DNA of 64,000 bases from an uncultured delta proteobacterium. Its GTDB lineage: Bacteria > Desulfobacterota > Binatia > JACPRU01. The stretch's first letter is position 1, and every line of letters starts with the position of its first letter. The notes under the pieces are model-generated. The model was not told the origin of the DNA. It did no database searches and saw only the letters and a program-made list of their open reading frames with translations. A program made the translations under genes and the position numbers. Where the stretch lies: the NCBI GenBank assembly GCA_963790365.1, contig CAWBOU010000043.1:12732-76731 (forward strand), written 5' to 3'. Below, in pieces: positions 37,270 through 46,183 of the stretch.

Positions 37270-37757
37270 GGCGCGCTCCTCTTCATCACGAGGTTCGAGC
37301 GGCGATAGCTCACCACGATCTCTCCCTTCTGATTGCGACCTTCGGTTTGCCAGGTGACGATGCCGAAATTCGGCCGGCTCTCGGATTCGCGCTTCGAGAC
37401 GACCGTGCTCCGCGCGGTGATCGTGTCGCCGGGATAAACGGGCCGGCGAAACTCGACGTCGTCGACGCCGAGAAACGGCCCGCCGCCCTCGGAGAGGTCT
37501 TCGACCGAGAGACCGAGGACCGTGCAGAGGACGAGCAGCGGATCGACGACGACGCCGGGGTGTCCGTCCGCGCGCGCCGCTTCCGCGTTGAAGTAGATCG
37601 GCGTGAACCGCAGCGCGAGCGTCGCGAAGAGCGTGTTGTCGCTTTCGCCGATCGTGCGGCCCCAGTGATGCTCGAACGTCTGCCCCTCGGCGAAGTCCTC
37701 GAACTGCCGCCCCTTTCGCACGAGCGGGAACGCGCCGAGATCGGGATCGGGGCTCAT
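37266..37757 (-). CDS. MaoC-family dehydratase
   Basis: FEDFAEGQTFEHHWGRTI, NAEAA..GHP, FRRPVYPGDTI. Confidence 0.88.
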   Translation of the reverse strand: MSPDPDLGAFPLVRKGRQFEDFAEGQTFEHHWGRTIGESDNTLFATLALRFTPIYFNAEAARADGHPGVVVDPLLVLCTVLGLSVEDLSEGGGPFLGVDDVEFRRPVYPGDTITARSTVVSKRESESRPNFGIVTWQTEGRNQKGEIVVSYRRSNLVMKRSAP

Positions 37758-37831
37758 CGGTTTCGCCTACGACAATTTTCCGGAACGCGGAAGTAGCGGA
37801 CGGCGGCACTTTCGATCATGCTCGGCGGTCG

Positions 37832-39154
37832 ATGGCGGTACACGTGGCGATTGCGGTCGCCACGGCATTCGCTCTCGCCGTGGCCGGCTGTAGCGGAGAC
37901 GATGACGACGGCTCACCGCCGGCGAGCGGCGGCACGGGCACGACGACGAATGCCGCCGCCCTCGGTGATCCCGACACGGTGCCGCCCGAGCTGCCGCTCG
38001 GTTTCCTCGTGCTTCCCGCCGGCGTGTCCGTTCTGCCGACCTCGATCTCGATCTCGCCCGACGGCGGCACGCTCTACGCCGCGAGCCTCGCGGGCTTCGT
38101 GTTCTCGCACACGATCATCGCCGGGATGGTGGTCGGCCCGCCGATCCCATTCCTCAGCAATCTCAGCGACGCGCTCGGCGTGCTCGCGACCGAAGACGCG
38201 GTCTTCGTCTCGGTGTCGCGAGACGGCAAGGGAGCCGTGCTCCGCGCGCGCGACGGGAACGGCGACGGCATGGCCGACTCGACCGACGTCGTCATCTCCG
38301 GATTGCCGATCGGGCGACACAACACGAACGGCCTCGCGATCGGGCCCGACGGCATGCTCTACGTCACGAACGGCGCCTCGACGGACTCGGGCTTCCGCGC
38401 CGAAGGCGGCCCTCCGGAAGAGCCGCCGTTCTCGGGAAGCCTTCTGCGGATCGATCCCGACGCGAAGGACCTCACGCCGCAGAGGGAGATGGTCGTCGCG
38501 ACCGGCTGGCGGAACATCTACGACGTCGCGTTCGTGCCCGACGGCCATCCGTCGCTCCACCCCGGCCTCGCCGCGGTGCCGATGAACGGGGCCGACGGTG
38601 AGAGTTACGGTCAGCCCGACGGGACCTCGATCGCGCGGCCGCAAGGCGAAGACACGCTGAGCCTCCTCGACGTGACCGACGGCGTCGTCGAGCACTTCGG
38701 CTTTCCGTGGTGTCTCTACGATCGCGCGAACGGCGGGCTCGCGGGGTTCACGCAGGATCCGGCCGAAGGCGATTGCCATCCGCTCTCGCCGAAGGCGTTC
38801 GCCGCGCTCGGCGTGACTCCGTTCGGGCAAGGCCCCGAGGTGATCGCGGCGAAGCCGGTCGTGCTCTTCGGCGCGCACGTGAGCGCCGACGGCCTCGCGT
38901 TCAACCCGGGCGGCAGCTTCCCGGCCGCCTACGCCGGCGACCTCTTCGTCGCCGAGTTCGGCAGCAATCCCAACGAGTCGACCGCCGGCCACAAGCTCGT
39001 CCGCGTGCGCTTCGGCGCCGACGGAGAGATCGCCGGGGTCGAGGATTTCATGAGCGCGCCGCTGCCCTTGGATCTCACCTTCGCCCCGGACGGGAGCCTC
39101 TGGCTCGCCGACTTGAGCGGTCTGATCCTGCGAATCAGCAGCTTCGGGCCTTAG
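37832..39154 (+). CDS. Lipoprotein with a PQQ-type sugar-dehydrogenase (GSDH-like) beta-propeller
   Basis: Lipobox LAVAGC; HNTNGLAIGPDGMLYV, GSLLRIDP, GWRNIYD, GDLFVAEFG, PDGSLWLAD. Start uncertain. Confidence 0.75.
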   Translation: MAVHVAIAVATAFALAVAGCSGDDDDGSPPASGGTGTTTNAAALGDPDTVPPELPLGFLVLPAGVSVLPTSISISPDGGTLYAASLAGFVFSHTIIAGMVVGPPIPFLSNLSDALGVLATEDAVFVSVSRDGKGAVLRARDGNGDGMADSTDVVISGLPIGRHNTNGLAIGPDGMLYVTNGASTDSGFRAEGGPPEEPPFSGSLLRIDPDAKDLTPQREMVVATGWRNIYDVAFVPDGHPSLHPGLAAVPMNGADGESYGQPDGTSIARPQGEDTLSLLDVTDGVVEHFGFPWCLYDRANGGLAGFTQDPAEGDCHPLSPKAFAALGVTPFGQGPEVIAAKPVVLFGAHVSADGLAFNPGGSFPAAYAGDLFVAEFGSNPNESTAGHKLVRVRFGADGEIAGVEDFMSAPLPLDLTFAPDGSLWLADLSGLILRISSFGP

Positions 39155-39171
39155 ATTTTCTGCCCGACCTT

Positions 39172-39213
39172 AAAAGAAAGTGACTTGACACTTTCTTTTT
39201 AGAGACCTATACC
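39172..39213 (+). promoter_or_regulatory. Sigma70-type promoter overlapped by an 11-bp inverted-repeat operator upstream of tetR
   Basis: TTGACA (39185-39190), 17-nt spacer, TATACC (39208-39213). IR AAAAGAAAGTG (39172-39182) / CACTTTCTTTT (39189-39199). Confidence 0.75.
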
Positions 39214-39220
39214 GCTGCGC

Positions 39221-39856
39221 ATGCCGCAGCTCGCCGCGCCCCGCCGCCGCACCCAGGCCGAGCGACGCGCCTCGACCCGAGGCAAGCTTCTCGACGCCGC
39301 GCTCGATGAACTCGTCGAGGGCGGCTACCACGACCTCACCACGCCGGCGATCTGCCAGCGCGCGGGCGTCTCGCAGGGCGCGCTCTTCAAGCACTTCCCC
39401 ACGAAGTCGGCGCTCCTCGCGGCCGCGGCCGAGCATCTCTTCGCCGCGCTCCGCTCCGGCTACGCCGAGCGCTTCGAGGCGGCCGGTGCGGCGAGTGATC
39501 CGATCCGCAAGGGCGTCGAGCTCCTCTGGAACGTCTTCCAGGATCCGCGCCTTCACGCCGCCTACGATCTCTACACCGCGGCGCGCACGGACGCCGAGCT
39601 TCGCGCGAGCCTCGATCCCGTCGTCCGCGAGCACGCCGAGAGCCTCCACGCGCTCGCGCGCGCTCTCTTCGGCGATCTCGCCGAAGCGGACGCGGAGCGG
39701 CTGCACGACGCCGTCGATCTCGCGATCCTCGCGCTTCAGGGTTTGGCGCTCAACGAAATGGCTCATCACGAGCCGACCGCACGCGAGCGAGCGCTCCGCG
39801 TGCTTGCCGCCGTCGCCGAGCAACTGCTCGCCGGCGCGAACGAGAGAAGCCGATGA
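39221..39856 (+). CDS. TetR/AcrR-family regulator
   Basis: RTQAERRASTRGKLLDAA..TTPAICQRAGVSQGALFKHFPTK helix-turn-helix. Confidence 0.93.
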   Translation: MPQLAAPRRRTQAERRASTRGKLLDAALDELVEGGYHDLTTPAICQRAGVSQGALFKHFPTKSALLAAAAEHLFAALRSGYAERFEAAGAASDPIRKGVELLWNVFQDPRLHAAYDLYTAARTDAELRASLDPVVREHAESLHALARALFGDLAEADAERLHDAVDLAILALQGLALNEMAHHEPTARERALRVLAAVAEQLLAGANERSR

Positions 39857-40704
39857 AAGCCGACGACATCCTCCTCCTCGCGATTCCCTTCTTCCTCGTC
39901 ACGATGGCGATCGAAGCCGCGATCCTCGCGCGCGCGGGCCGCTCGTACGGGCGCGCCGACACCGCGGCGAGCTTGTCGATGGGCATCGGCTACCTCGTGA
40001 TCGAGGCGTTCTGGCGCGTCGCCGAAGTCGGCGTGCTCGCGTGGGCGTGGCAGTTCCGGATCTTCGATCTCGAGGACAGCCTCGCCACGTGGGCGTTCGC
40101 GATCGTCGGCTGGGACTTCGCGTACTACTGGTACCACCGCGCGGGTCACGAAGTTCGCCTGCTCTGGGCCGCGCACGTGAACCACCACTCGAGCGAGCGC
40201 TACAATCTCTCCACCGCGCTTCGCCAAACGTGGACGCCGTTCGCGGGCGTGATCTTCTTCGTGCCGCTCGCGCTGCTCGGGCTCTCGCCCGAGAAGATCG
40301 TCGTCGCCGGCGCGTTGAACCTCCTCTACCAGTACTGGATCCACACCGAGACGATCGGCCGACTCGGCGCGCTCGAGTGGGTGATGAACACGCCGTCACA
40401 CCACCGCGTGCACCACGGCACGAACCCGCAGTACATCGACCGCAACTACGCCGGGATCTTCATCCTCTGGGATCGCCTGTTCGGCTCGTTCGAGCCCGAG
40501 GGCGAGAAGGTCCGCTACGGCCTCACCAAGAACATCGGCAGCTTCCACCCGCTCTGGATCGCGCTCCACGAGTACGCGGGGATCCTCCGCGACGTGCGCG
40601 GCGCCGAGAATTGGCGCGCTCGCCTGGGCTTCGTCTTCCGCTTTCCTGGCTGGCAACCATCTCCTTCGATTCGCCCCTTGCCAGGCGCCGCGGAAAGCTG
40701 TTAG
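39853..40704 (+). CDS. Sterol-desaturase/fatty-acid-hydroxylase-family membrane diiron enzyme (alkylglycerol-monooxygenase-like)
   Basis: His boxes YWYHRAGH, HVNHHS, WIH, HHRVHH, plus NYAG..WDRLFG. Confidence 0.9.
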   Translation: MKADDILLLAIPFFLVTMAIEAAILARAGRSYGRADTAASLSMGIGYLVIEAFWRVAEVGVLAWAWQFRIFDLEDSLATWAFAIVGWDFAYYWYHRAGHEVRLLWAAHVNHHSSERYNLSTALRQTWTPFAGVIFFVPLALLGLSPEKIVVAGALNLLYQYWIHTETIGRLGALEWVMNTPSHHRVHHGTNPQYIDRNYAGIFILWDRLFGSFEPEGEKVRYGLTKNIGSFHPLWIALHEYAGILRDVRGAENWRARLGFVFRFPGWQPSPSIRPLPGAAESC

Positions 40705-40710
40705 GAACCC

Positions 40711-40905
40711 CGACTAAAGTCGAAGCCTGAGCTTCGGCCCTACCCTGATGAGGGCGTCTCACCGAGGTCCCCCCTGACCACCACGGTGCGGCGCCCTCGT
40801 CGTTTCTGGGGCGCGACCCCAAGAAAAAGGGGTCGGGAGTCATTTGTATGGGAAGCAATTGACTTCCGACCCTGGGCGGGAGCGCCGCGAGTGCGACGCT
40901 CCCGC
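40711..40905. repeat. Cluster of hairpins including a GTAG-type REP-like element between convergent genes
   Basis: Minus-strand GTAGGGCCGAAGC-TCAG-GCTTCG at 40743-40721, a long stem 40747-40801, alternative stems 40814-40835 and 40830-40872, and a stem 40876-40905. Confidence 0.5.
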
Positions 40906-40916
40906 GAAAAAACCGT

Positions 40917-41300
40917 TCAGGCCTGGGGAGCTTGCTCGTTCCGCGGGGCCTGGTTGCCGTTGCCGCCGAGCGCCTCGTCCGTCAGGTCACGCGCCCGCGC
41001 GACCGCGTCAGCCGCGACGCCGAGCCACCTGGCCGCGCTCGTCCGGGCCGATTCGGCCGCCGCGACGACGAGCTTCTCGGTCTCCTCGCGCGCCTGGCCG
41101 TTCAGGAAGCCCTTCACCGCGTCCGTCGACTTCTCGACGAGGCCGCGCGCGCACGCGATCTCGGCCTGAGCCGCCTTCGCGACGCTCGCCGCGCCCTTGT
41201 CGATCTCCTCGAGCCCACGCTCCGCGATGCGGGAAACGCGCTCGGAGAGCTTCTTCGTGAACTCCTGGATCGCTTCGGGGTCGATCGTTTGCTTTGCCAT
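40917..41300 (-). CDS. Probable phasin/PHA-granule-associated protein
   Basis: 127-aa Ala/Glu/Lys-rich amphipathic protein with a GAGGAGG RBS, divergent from phaR. No sequence family recognised; the call rests on context and composition. Confidence 0.5.
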   Translation of the reverse strand: MAKQTIDPEAIQEFTKKLSERVSRIAERGLEEIDKGAASVAKAAQAEIACARGLVEKSTDAVKGFLNGQAREETEKLVVAAAESARTSAARWLGVAADAVARARDLTDEALGGNGNQAPRNEQAPQA

Positions 41301-41349
41301 GGTTCGTTCCTCCTCGGTTGGGATCGTTGTGCGACTGCGGCAATCTTTA

Positions 41350-41436
41350 GTGCGCTTGCACAACGCCGTCAAGGCCAAAATCGAGATATTTTTTGCGTCT
41401 GCACCAAGAAGCCTTGACCCGATGGTGCGCTCGCAC
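41350..41436. promoter_or_regulatory. Three TGC-N4-GCA boxes (PhaR-box-like) between the divergent genes
   Basis: GTGCGCTTGCAC 41350-41361, TGCGTCTGCA 41394-41403, GTGCGCTCGCAC 41425-41436. Confidence 0.55.
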
Positions 41437-41447
41437 TACCTGGAGCC

Positions 41448-41951
41448 ATGGCCGAAGCCGAACCGAAGCCCCGTCTGGAGATCCGTAAGTACCCGAATCG
41501 GCGACTCTATGACGTGACCCGGAGCCAGCACCTCACCGCCGACGAGCTCTACGAGCTGATTCGCCAGGGCCACGACGTGACGGTCGTGGATTCCGCCACC
41601 GGAGCCGACATCACGCATCAGATCCTCACGCAGATGATCCTCGAGCGCGATTCCTCGAAGCTCGAGGTGTTCCCGACGACGCTCCTGCACGAGATCATCC
41701 GCGCGAACCAGCGGATGTGGAAGGCGTTCGCGGAGCAGTGGATGAACGGCATCACCCGGATGATCGCCGAACAAGCCAACACCTACGCCGAGCGTGTGGC
41801 TGAGATCGGACGCGCGCCGCTCGACGCCGCCGCGTGGAATCGCCTCTTCGGCAAGAGCGGCGGGGAGGACCTCCGCGAGACGGTGCGGCGCCTCGAAGCC
41901 GAGGTGAAGCGTCTCGCGCGCGGCCGGAAGGCGCGTCAGCGCCGGTCGTAG
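41448..41951 (+). CDS. phaR: PhaR-type polyhydroxyalkanoate synthesis regulator
   Basis: IRKYPNRRLYD..S..T..L..IRQG..V.V.DS.TG.DIT..IL.Q DNA-binding domain. Confidence 0.85.
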   Translation: MAEAEPKPRLEIRKYPNRRLYDVTRSQHLTADELYELIRQGHDVTVVDSATGADITHQILTQMILERDSSKLEVFPTTLLHEIIRANQRMWKAFAEQWMNGITRMIAEQANTYAERVAEIGRAPLDAAAWNRLFGKSGGEDLRETVRRLEAEVKRLARGRKARQRRS

Positions 41952-43243
41952 ACCCGCTTCGCTTTGCCGAGCGAGCGCTCGACGCCGCCCTCGGCGCGAA
42001 CTTCGACCGCGGCGGTGATGCCGATGCGGTTCTTCACGCGCTCGCAGAGCGCCTGGCCGGACGCCCGCCGCGTTTCTTCCTCGACGCCGGGACGACCTTC
42101 GACGACGATCGCGAGCTCGTCGAGCTGCTTCGGTCGCGTGAGCTCCAGGAAGAAGTGCGCGGTGAGCGCGGGGTCCTCGAGCACCAGCTCTTCGATCTGC
42201 GACGGGAACACGTTCACGCCGCGGACGATCATCATGTCATCGCTCCGCGCGCGGATCCGCGCGATGCGGCGAAACGGTCGGGCCGTACCAGGCAACAATC
42301 GCGTGAGATCGCGCGTGCGATAACGCACGACCGGGAACGCCTCTTTCGTGAGCGAGGTGAACACGAGCTCGCCGGCTTCTCCGTCGGGCAACACGCGACC
42401 GGTCTCGGGATCGACGATCTCGGGGAGAAAGTGATCCTCCCAGATGTGCGGCCCGTCCTTCGTCTCGATGCACTCGCTCGCGACACCGGGACCCATCACC
42501 TCGGAGAGGCCGTAGATGTCGACGGCGTCGATCGCGAAGCGGTCCTCGATCTCGCGCCGCATCGCCTCGGTCCACGGCTCGGCGCCGAAGATGCCGATCG
42601 CGAGCGCGGTCGAGCGCGGATCGACGCCTTGCTTCTCGAACTCGTCCGCGATCGCGAGCATGTAGCTCGGCGTCACCATCACGACGCGCGGCGCGAAATC
42701 GCAGAGGAGCTGCACCTGGCGCTCCGTCATGCCGCCCGAGACCGGTACGACCGTGCAGCCGAGACGCTCGGCGCCGTAGTGCGCGCCGAGGCCGCCCGTG
42801 AAGAGGCCGTAACCGTAGGCGATGTGGACGACGTCGCCCGGCCGCCCGCCGGCGGCGCGAATCGACCGCGCGCAGAGCCCCGCCCAGGTCTCGAGGTCAC
42901 GCGCCGTGTAGCCGACGACGGTCGGCTTGCCGGTCGTGCCGCTCGACGCGTGCACGCGAACGACCTGCTCGCGCGGCACGGCGAACATGCCGAACGGATA
43001 GCTCTCGCGGAGGTCCGCCTTCGAGGTGAACGGGAACTTCGCGAGGTCGGCGAGCGCGCGGCAGTCGTCGGGATGGACGCCGGCGGCGTCGAACTTCGCG
43101 CGGAGCGGCGGCACGTTCGCGTAGACGTGCGCGAGCGTCCTGCGCAGGCGCTCGAGCTGCAGCGCTCGAAGCTCGTCGATCGAGGCGCGCTCCATCGCAT
43201 CGAGCGACTCGGGAGCGGGCGGCCGAGCGCGGTCCTTCGTCAT
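41936..43243 (-). CDS. paaK: Phenylacetate-CoA ligase
   Basis: HASSGTTGKPTVVGYT, YGYGLFTGGLG, DIYGLSEVMGPG, RYRTRDLT, RGVNVFPSQIE. Confidence 0.95.
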   Translation of the reverse strand: MTKDRARPPAPESLDAMERASIDELRALQLERLRRTLAHVYANVPPLRAKFDAAGVHPDDCRALADLAKFPFTSKADLRESYPFGMFAVPREQVVRVHASSGTTGKPTVVGYTARDLETWAGLCARSIRAAGGRPGDVVHIAYGYGLFTGGLGAHYGAERLGCTVVPVSGGMTERQVQLLCDFAPRVVMVTPSYMLAIADEFEKQGVDPRSTALAIGIFGAEPWTEAMRREIEDRFAIDAVDIYGLSEVMGPGVASECIETKDGPHIWEDHFLPEIVDPETGRVLPDGEAGELVFTSLTKEAFPVVRYRTRDLTRLLPGTARPFRRIARIRARSDDMMIVRGVNVFPSQIEELVLEDPALTAHFFLELTRPKQLDELAIVVEGRPGVEEETRRASGQALCERVKNRIGITAAVEVRAEGGVERSLGKAKRVYDRR

Positions 43244-44028
43244 TCGCCGCGGAACTTGGGCTCGCGCTTCTCGAGAAACGCGCGCACGCCTTCTTGATAG
43301 TCGTGGCTGCGGCCGGCCTCGCTCTGGAGATCACGCTCGACGTCGAGCTGGCGGTCCAGATCGTTCGTCAAAGACAGATTGAGCGCACGCTTCGTGAGGC
43401 CGAGCCCGCGCGTCGGCCGCGTCGCGAGATGCGCGGCGAGCTTCCACGCCTCGTCGGCCAGCGCCTCGGGCTCGCAGACTTTGTAAATCATGCCCCACGC
43501 GAGCGCCTGCTCGGCGGACACGCGCTCGCCGAGCATCATCGCCGCGGTCGCGCGCGGCAGACCGACGAGCCGCGGGAGGAAGAACGTGCCGCCGCTGTCC
43601 GGCACGAGGCCAATCGCGGCGAACGCCTGGAGGAAGAACGCCTTCTTCGAGGCGAGCACGATGTCGCAGGCGAGCGAGAGGTTCGCGCCGGCGCCGGCCG
43701 CGGTGCCGTTGACAGCGCCGATGACCGGCTTCTCGAGCGCTCGCATCGCGCGAATGATTGGATTGAAGCCGGCCTCGACGTACTTGCCGAGATCGAGCGG
43801 CGGCTCGCCTTCGCGCGGCTTCACCTCTTCGAGGTCCTGGCCCGCGCAGAACGCCCGGCCCGCGGCGCCCAGAAGAACGGAGCGCACCGCGCGGTCCTTC
43901 GCGGCAGACTCGATCGCGGCCGTCAGGCGCTTCGCCATCTCGCTCGTGAAGCTGTTCAGCGCGTCCGGGCGGTTCAGCGTGATCTTGGCGACGCCCTGGT
44001 CGACCTCGTAGAGGATGCTCTCGGCCAC
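43240..44028 (-). CDS. paaG: 2-(1,2-epoxy-1,2-dihydrophenyl)acetyl-CoA isomerase (crotonase fold)
   Basis: LNRPDALNSF, RAFCAGQDL, AVNGTAAGAGANL, GLVPDSGG, DYQEGVRAF.EKR. Start 44028 (AAGGAG RBS) or 44043. Confidence 0.9.
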   Translation of the reverse strand: MAESILYEVDQGVAKITLNRPDALNSFTSEMAKRLTAAIESAAKDRAVRSVLLGAAGRAFCAGQDLEEVKPREGEPPLDLGKYVEAGFNPIIRAMRALEKPVIGAVNGTAAGAGANLSLACDIVLASKKAFFLQAFAAIGLVPDSGGTFFLPRLVGLPRATAAMMLGERVSAEQALAWGMIYKVCEPEALADEAWKLAAHLATRPTRGLGLTKRALNLSLTNDLDRQLDVERDLQSEAGRSHDYQEGVRAFLEKREPKFRGE

Positions 44029-44039
44029 GGAAGACTCCT

Positions 44040-44813
44040 TCACCAGCTCGCGCCGGGAAACGCCCGCGCGAGGCTCTGCATCTCGGAGAGCATGCGACCG
44101 AGCGCCTCGCCGTGGAGGCCGCGACGTCCGCCGCTCGGAGGGAACGGATTCTCGCCCGGCACTTCGAGTGTCGCCTCGCGAAGCACCGCGCTCACGGCGT
44201 CGCGCCATGCACCGCGGAGCGCTTCGGGATCGACGAGCACCTTCGCCTCGACGAGGCGCGCGACGAGCGGATCCTTCTCGAATAGCTCGGGCGCGAAGCC
44301 GAAGAGCGCGTCCACGGCGGCCTGCATCCGGCGCCGGCTCTCGTCGGTGCCGTCGCCGAGGCGGATCGTCCACTCGCGACTGTGTCGCCAGTGATACGTC
44401 GCTTCCTTGCCGCTCCGCTCGCCGAAGCGGGCGAGCCAATCGTCGCTCGAGCTCGCGAGCGACGCGGACAAATGGAGATCCCAGGCGTCGAAGAGGAGCT
44501 GGCGGACGATCGTCGCCGCGAAATCGCCGTTCGGCTGCTCGACGAGGAGCGCGTTCCGGAAACCGGTGACGTCGCGAAAGAACGCGATCTCGTCCGCGCT
44601 CCGCCCCTTCGATTCCAGCTCGCCCGCGCGCGCGAGGAGATCGCTCGCCTGGCCGAGAAGGTCGAGCGCGAGGTTGCCGATCGCGAGCTCCTCCTCGAGG
44701 ACCGGCGCATGCCCGACCCACTCGGACAATCGGTGCCCGAGCACGAGGCGATCGTCTCCGAGCCGGAGACAGAGCTCCGCGATGTCTTCCTTGGACGCCG
44801 CGTTCAACCTCAC
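44040..44813 (-). CDS. paaC: 1,2-phenylacetyl-CoA epoxidase subunit C
   Basis: LGDDRLVLGHRLSEW.GHAPVLEEELA, FRN..LVEQPNGDFA.TI.RQ, KEATYH. Confidence 0.93.
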   Translation of the reverse strand: MRLNAASKEDIAELCLRLGDDRLVLGHRLSEWVGHAPVLEEELAIGNLALDLLGQASDLLARAGELESKGRSADEIAFFRDVTGFRNALLVEQPNGDFAATIVRQLLFDAWDLHLSASLASSSDDWLARFGERSGKEATYHWRHSREWTIRLGDGTDESRRRMQAAVDALFGFAPELFEKDPLVARLVEAKVLVDPEALRGAWRDAVSAVLREATLEVPGENPFPPSGGRRGLHGEALGRMLSEMQSLARAFPGASW

Positions 44814-45145
44814 ATCCCCCGGACGCCGCGCGGCACTTTGTAGAACTGTGGATGCCGATAGATCTTGTCGTCCGCGGGCTCGAAGAACGACGGCCGATCG
44901 GCCGGCTCACTCGCGAGGATCTCTGTCGACCGCACGATCCAGAGGCTCGTCACCTTCCCGCGACGCGCGAAGAGATCGCGCGCGTTCTGCAGCGCCATCT
45001 CGCGATCGGAAGCGTGGACGCTGCCGGCATGCACGTGCGGCGAGCCGTCTTCCTCCTGGACGAACACTTCCCAGAGCACGCCTTCACCACCTCCCTCCGG
45101 GAGGTCGCGCGAAGCGCGGGAGGGGGAAACGCTGTTGGCGCTCAT
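44810..45145 (-). CDS. paaB: 1,2-phenylacetyl-CoA epoxidase subunit B
   Basis: [42 protein letters not shown]. The start could be a GTG further downstream. Confidence 0.93.
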   Translation of the reverse strand: MSANSVSPSRASRDLPEGGGEGVLWEVFVQEEDGSPHVHAGSVHASDREMALQNARDLFARRGKVTSLWIVRSTEILASEPADRPSFFEPADDKIYRHPQFYKVPRGVRGM

Positions 45146-46107
45146 GCGACGTCTTTCGTGCGCGCGCGCCGTTTCGCCTCGTAGGCCGCCGCGGCCTCGC
45201 GCACCCAGCGGCCGCCTTCGTGAGCCTCTCGGCGATCGGCCAAGCGCTCACGATTCATCGGTCCGCCGCCTTTGACGACGCGCCAGAACTCGTCCCAATC
45301 GATCGCGCCAAACCGCCAGTGCTTCGTCTCCTCTTCCCACTGGAGATCCGGATCGGGCAGCGTCAGGCTCATCGCGCGCGCCTGGGGCACCGCGAGATCT
45401 ACGAAGCGCTGGCGGAGCTCGTCGTTCGACTTCGGCTTCACCTTCCAGCGCATGAGCTCGCCCGAGTTCGGCGACTCCGTGTCCGGCGGGCCGAACATCA
45501 TGAGCGTCGGCCACCACCAGCGGTCGACCGCGTCTTGCGCCATCGCGTGCTGCTCCGGCGTTCCCGCCGCGAGCGTCGCGAGCATCTCGAAGCCCTGGCG
45601 CTTGTGCGCGTTCTCCTCGGAGCAGATGCGGCGCATCGCGCGCGCGTACGGTCCGTACGACGTCTTCGCGAGCGTCGTCTGGTTCACGATCGCGGCGCCG
45701 TCGACGAGCCAGCCGATCGCGCCGACGTCGGCCCAGGAGAGCGACGCGTAGTTGAAGATGCTCGAGTACTTCGCGGCGCCGGTGAGGAGCTGCTCGATCA
45801 GCTCGTCGCGCGAAACACCGAGCGTCTCCGCGGCCGCGTAGAGATAGAGGCCGTGTCCCGCCTCGTCCTCCACCTTGGAGAGGAGCCCGATCTTCCGTTT
45901 GAGGCTCGGCGCGCGCGTGATCCAGTTGCCTTCCGGCAGCATGCCGACGACCTCGGAGTGCGCGTGCTGCGAGATCATGCGCACGAGCTGCTTGCGATAG
46001 CGCTCGGGCATCCAGTCGCGCGGCTCGATCGACTCGTCGCGATCGAGCCGCTCCAGGAACGCAGCCTCGAGCTCCGCCGACTCGCGATTCTTCGCTTCCA
46101 TCATCAC
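45142..46107 (-). CDS. paaA: 1,2-phenylacetyl-CoA epoxidase subunit A
   Basis: [60 protein letters not shown]. Confidence 0.95.
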   Translation of the reverse strand: MMMEAKNRESAELEAAFLERLDRDESIEPRDWMPERYRKQLVRMISQHAHSEVVGMLPEGNWITRAPSLKRKIGLLSKVEDEAGHGLYLYAAAETLGVSRDELIEQLLTGAAKYSSIFNYASLSWADVGAIGWLVDGAAIVNQTTLAKTSYGPYARAMRRICSEENAHKRQGFEMLATLAAGTPEQHAMAQDAVDRWWWPTLMMFGPPDTESPNSGELMRWKVKPKSNDELRQRFVDLAVPQARAMSLTLPDPDLQWEEETKHWRFGAIDWDEFWRVVKGGGPMNRERLADRREAHEGGRWVREAAAAYEAKRRARTKDVA

Positions 46108-46116
46108 GGTCTGATC

Positions 46117-46156
46117 TGATACAAAATAACTGGAAAACCGTCAAGCCTTTGTATCA
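46117..46156. promoter_or_regulatory. PaaX operator
   Basis: TGATACAAA-N22-TTTGTATCA, i.e. GATACA-N26-TGTATC, matching the PaaX site I recall for Pseudomonas sp. Y2. A second TTGTATCATGAA copy lies at 46163-46174. Confidence 0.8.
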
Positions 46157-46183
46157 TGAAACTTGTATCATGAAGATCGCGCG

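Noticed and set aside
40745-40801. CTGATGAG, the hammerhead ribozyme core
   Set aside because: The following stem is not followed by the required GAAA; the motif is simply one arm of a longer hairpin.
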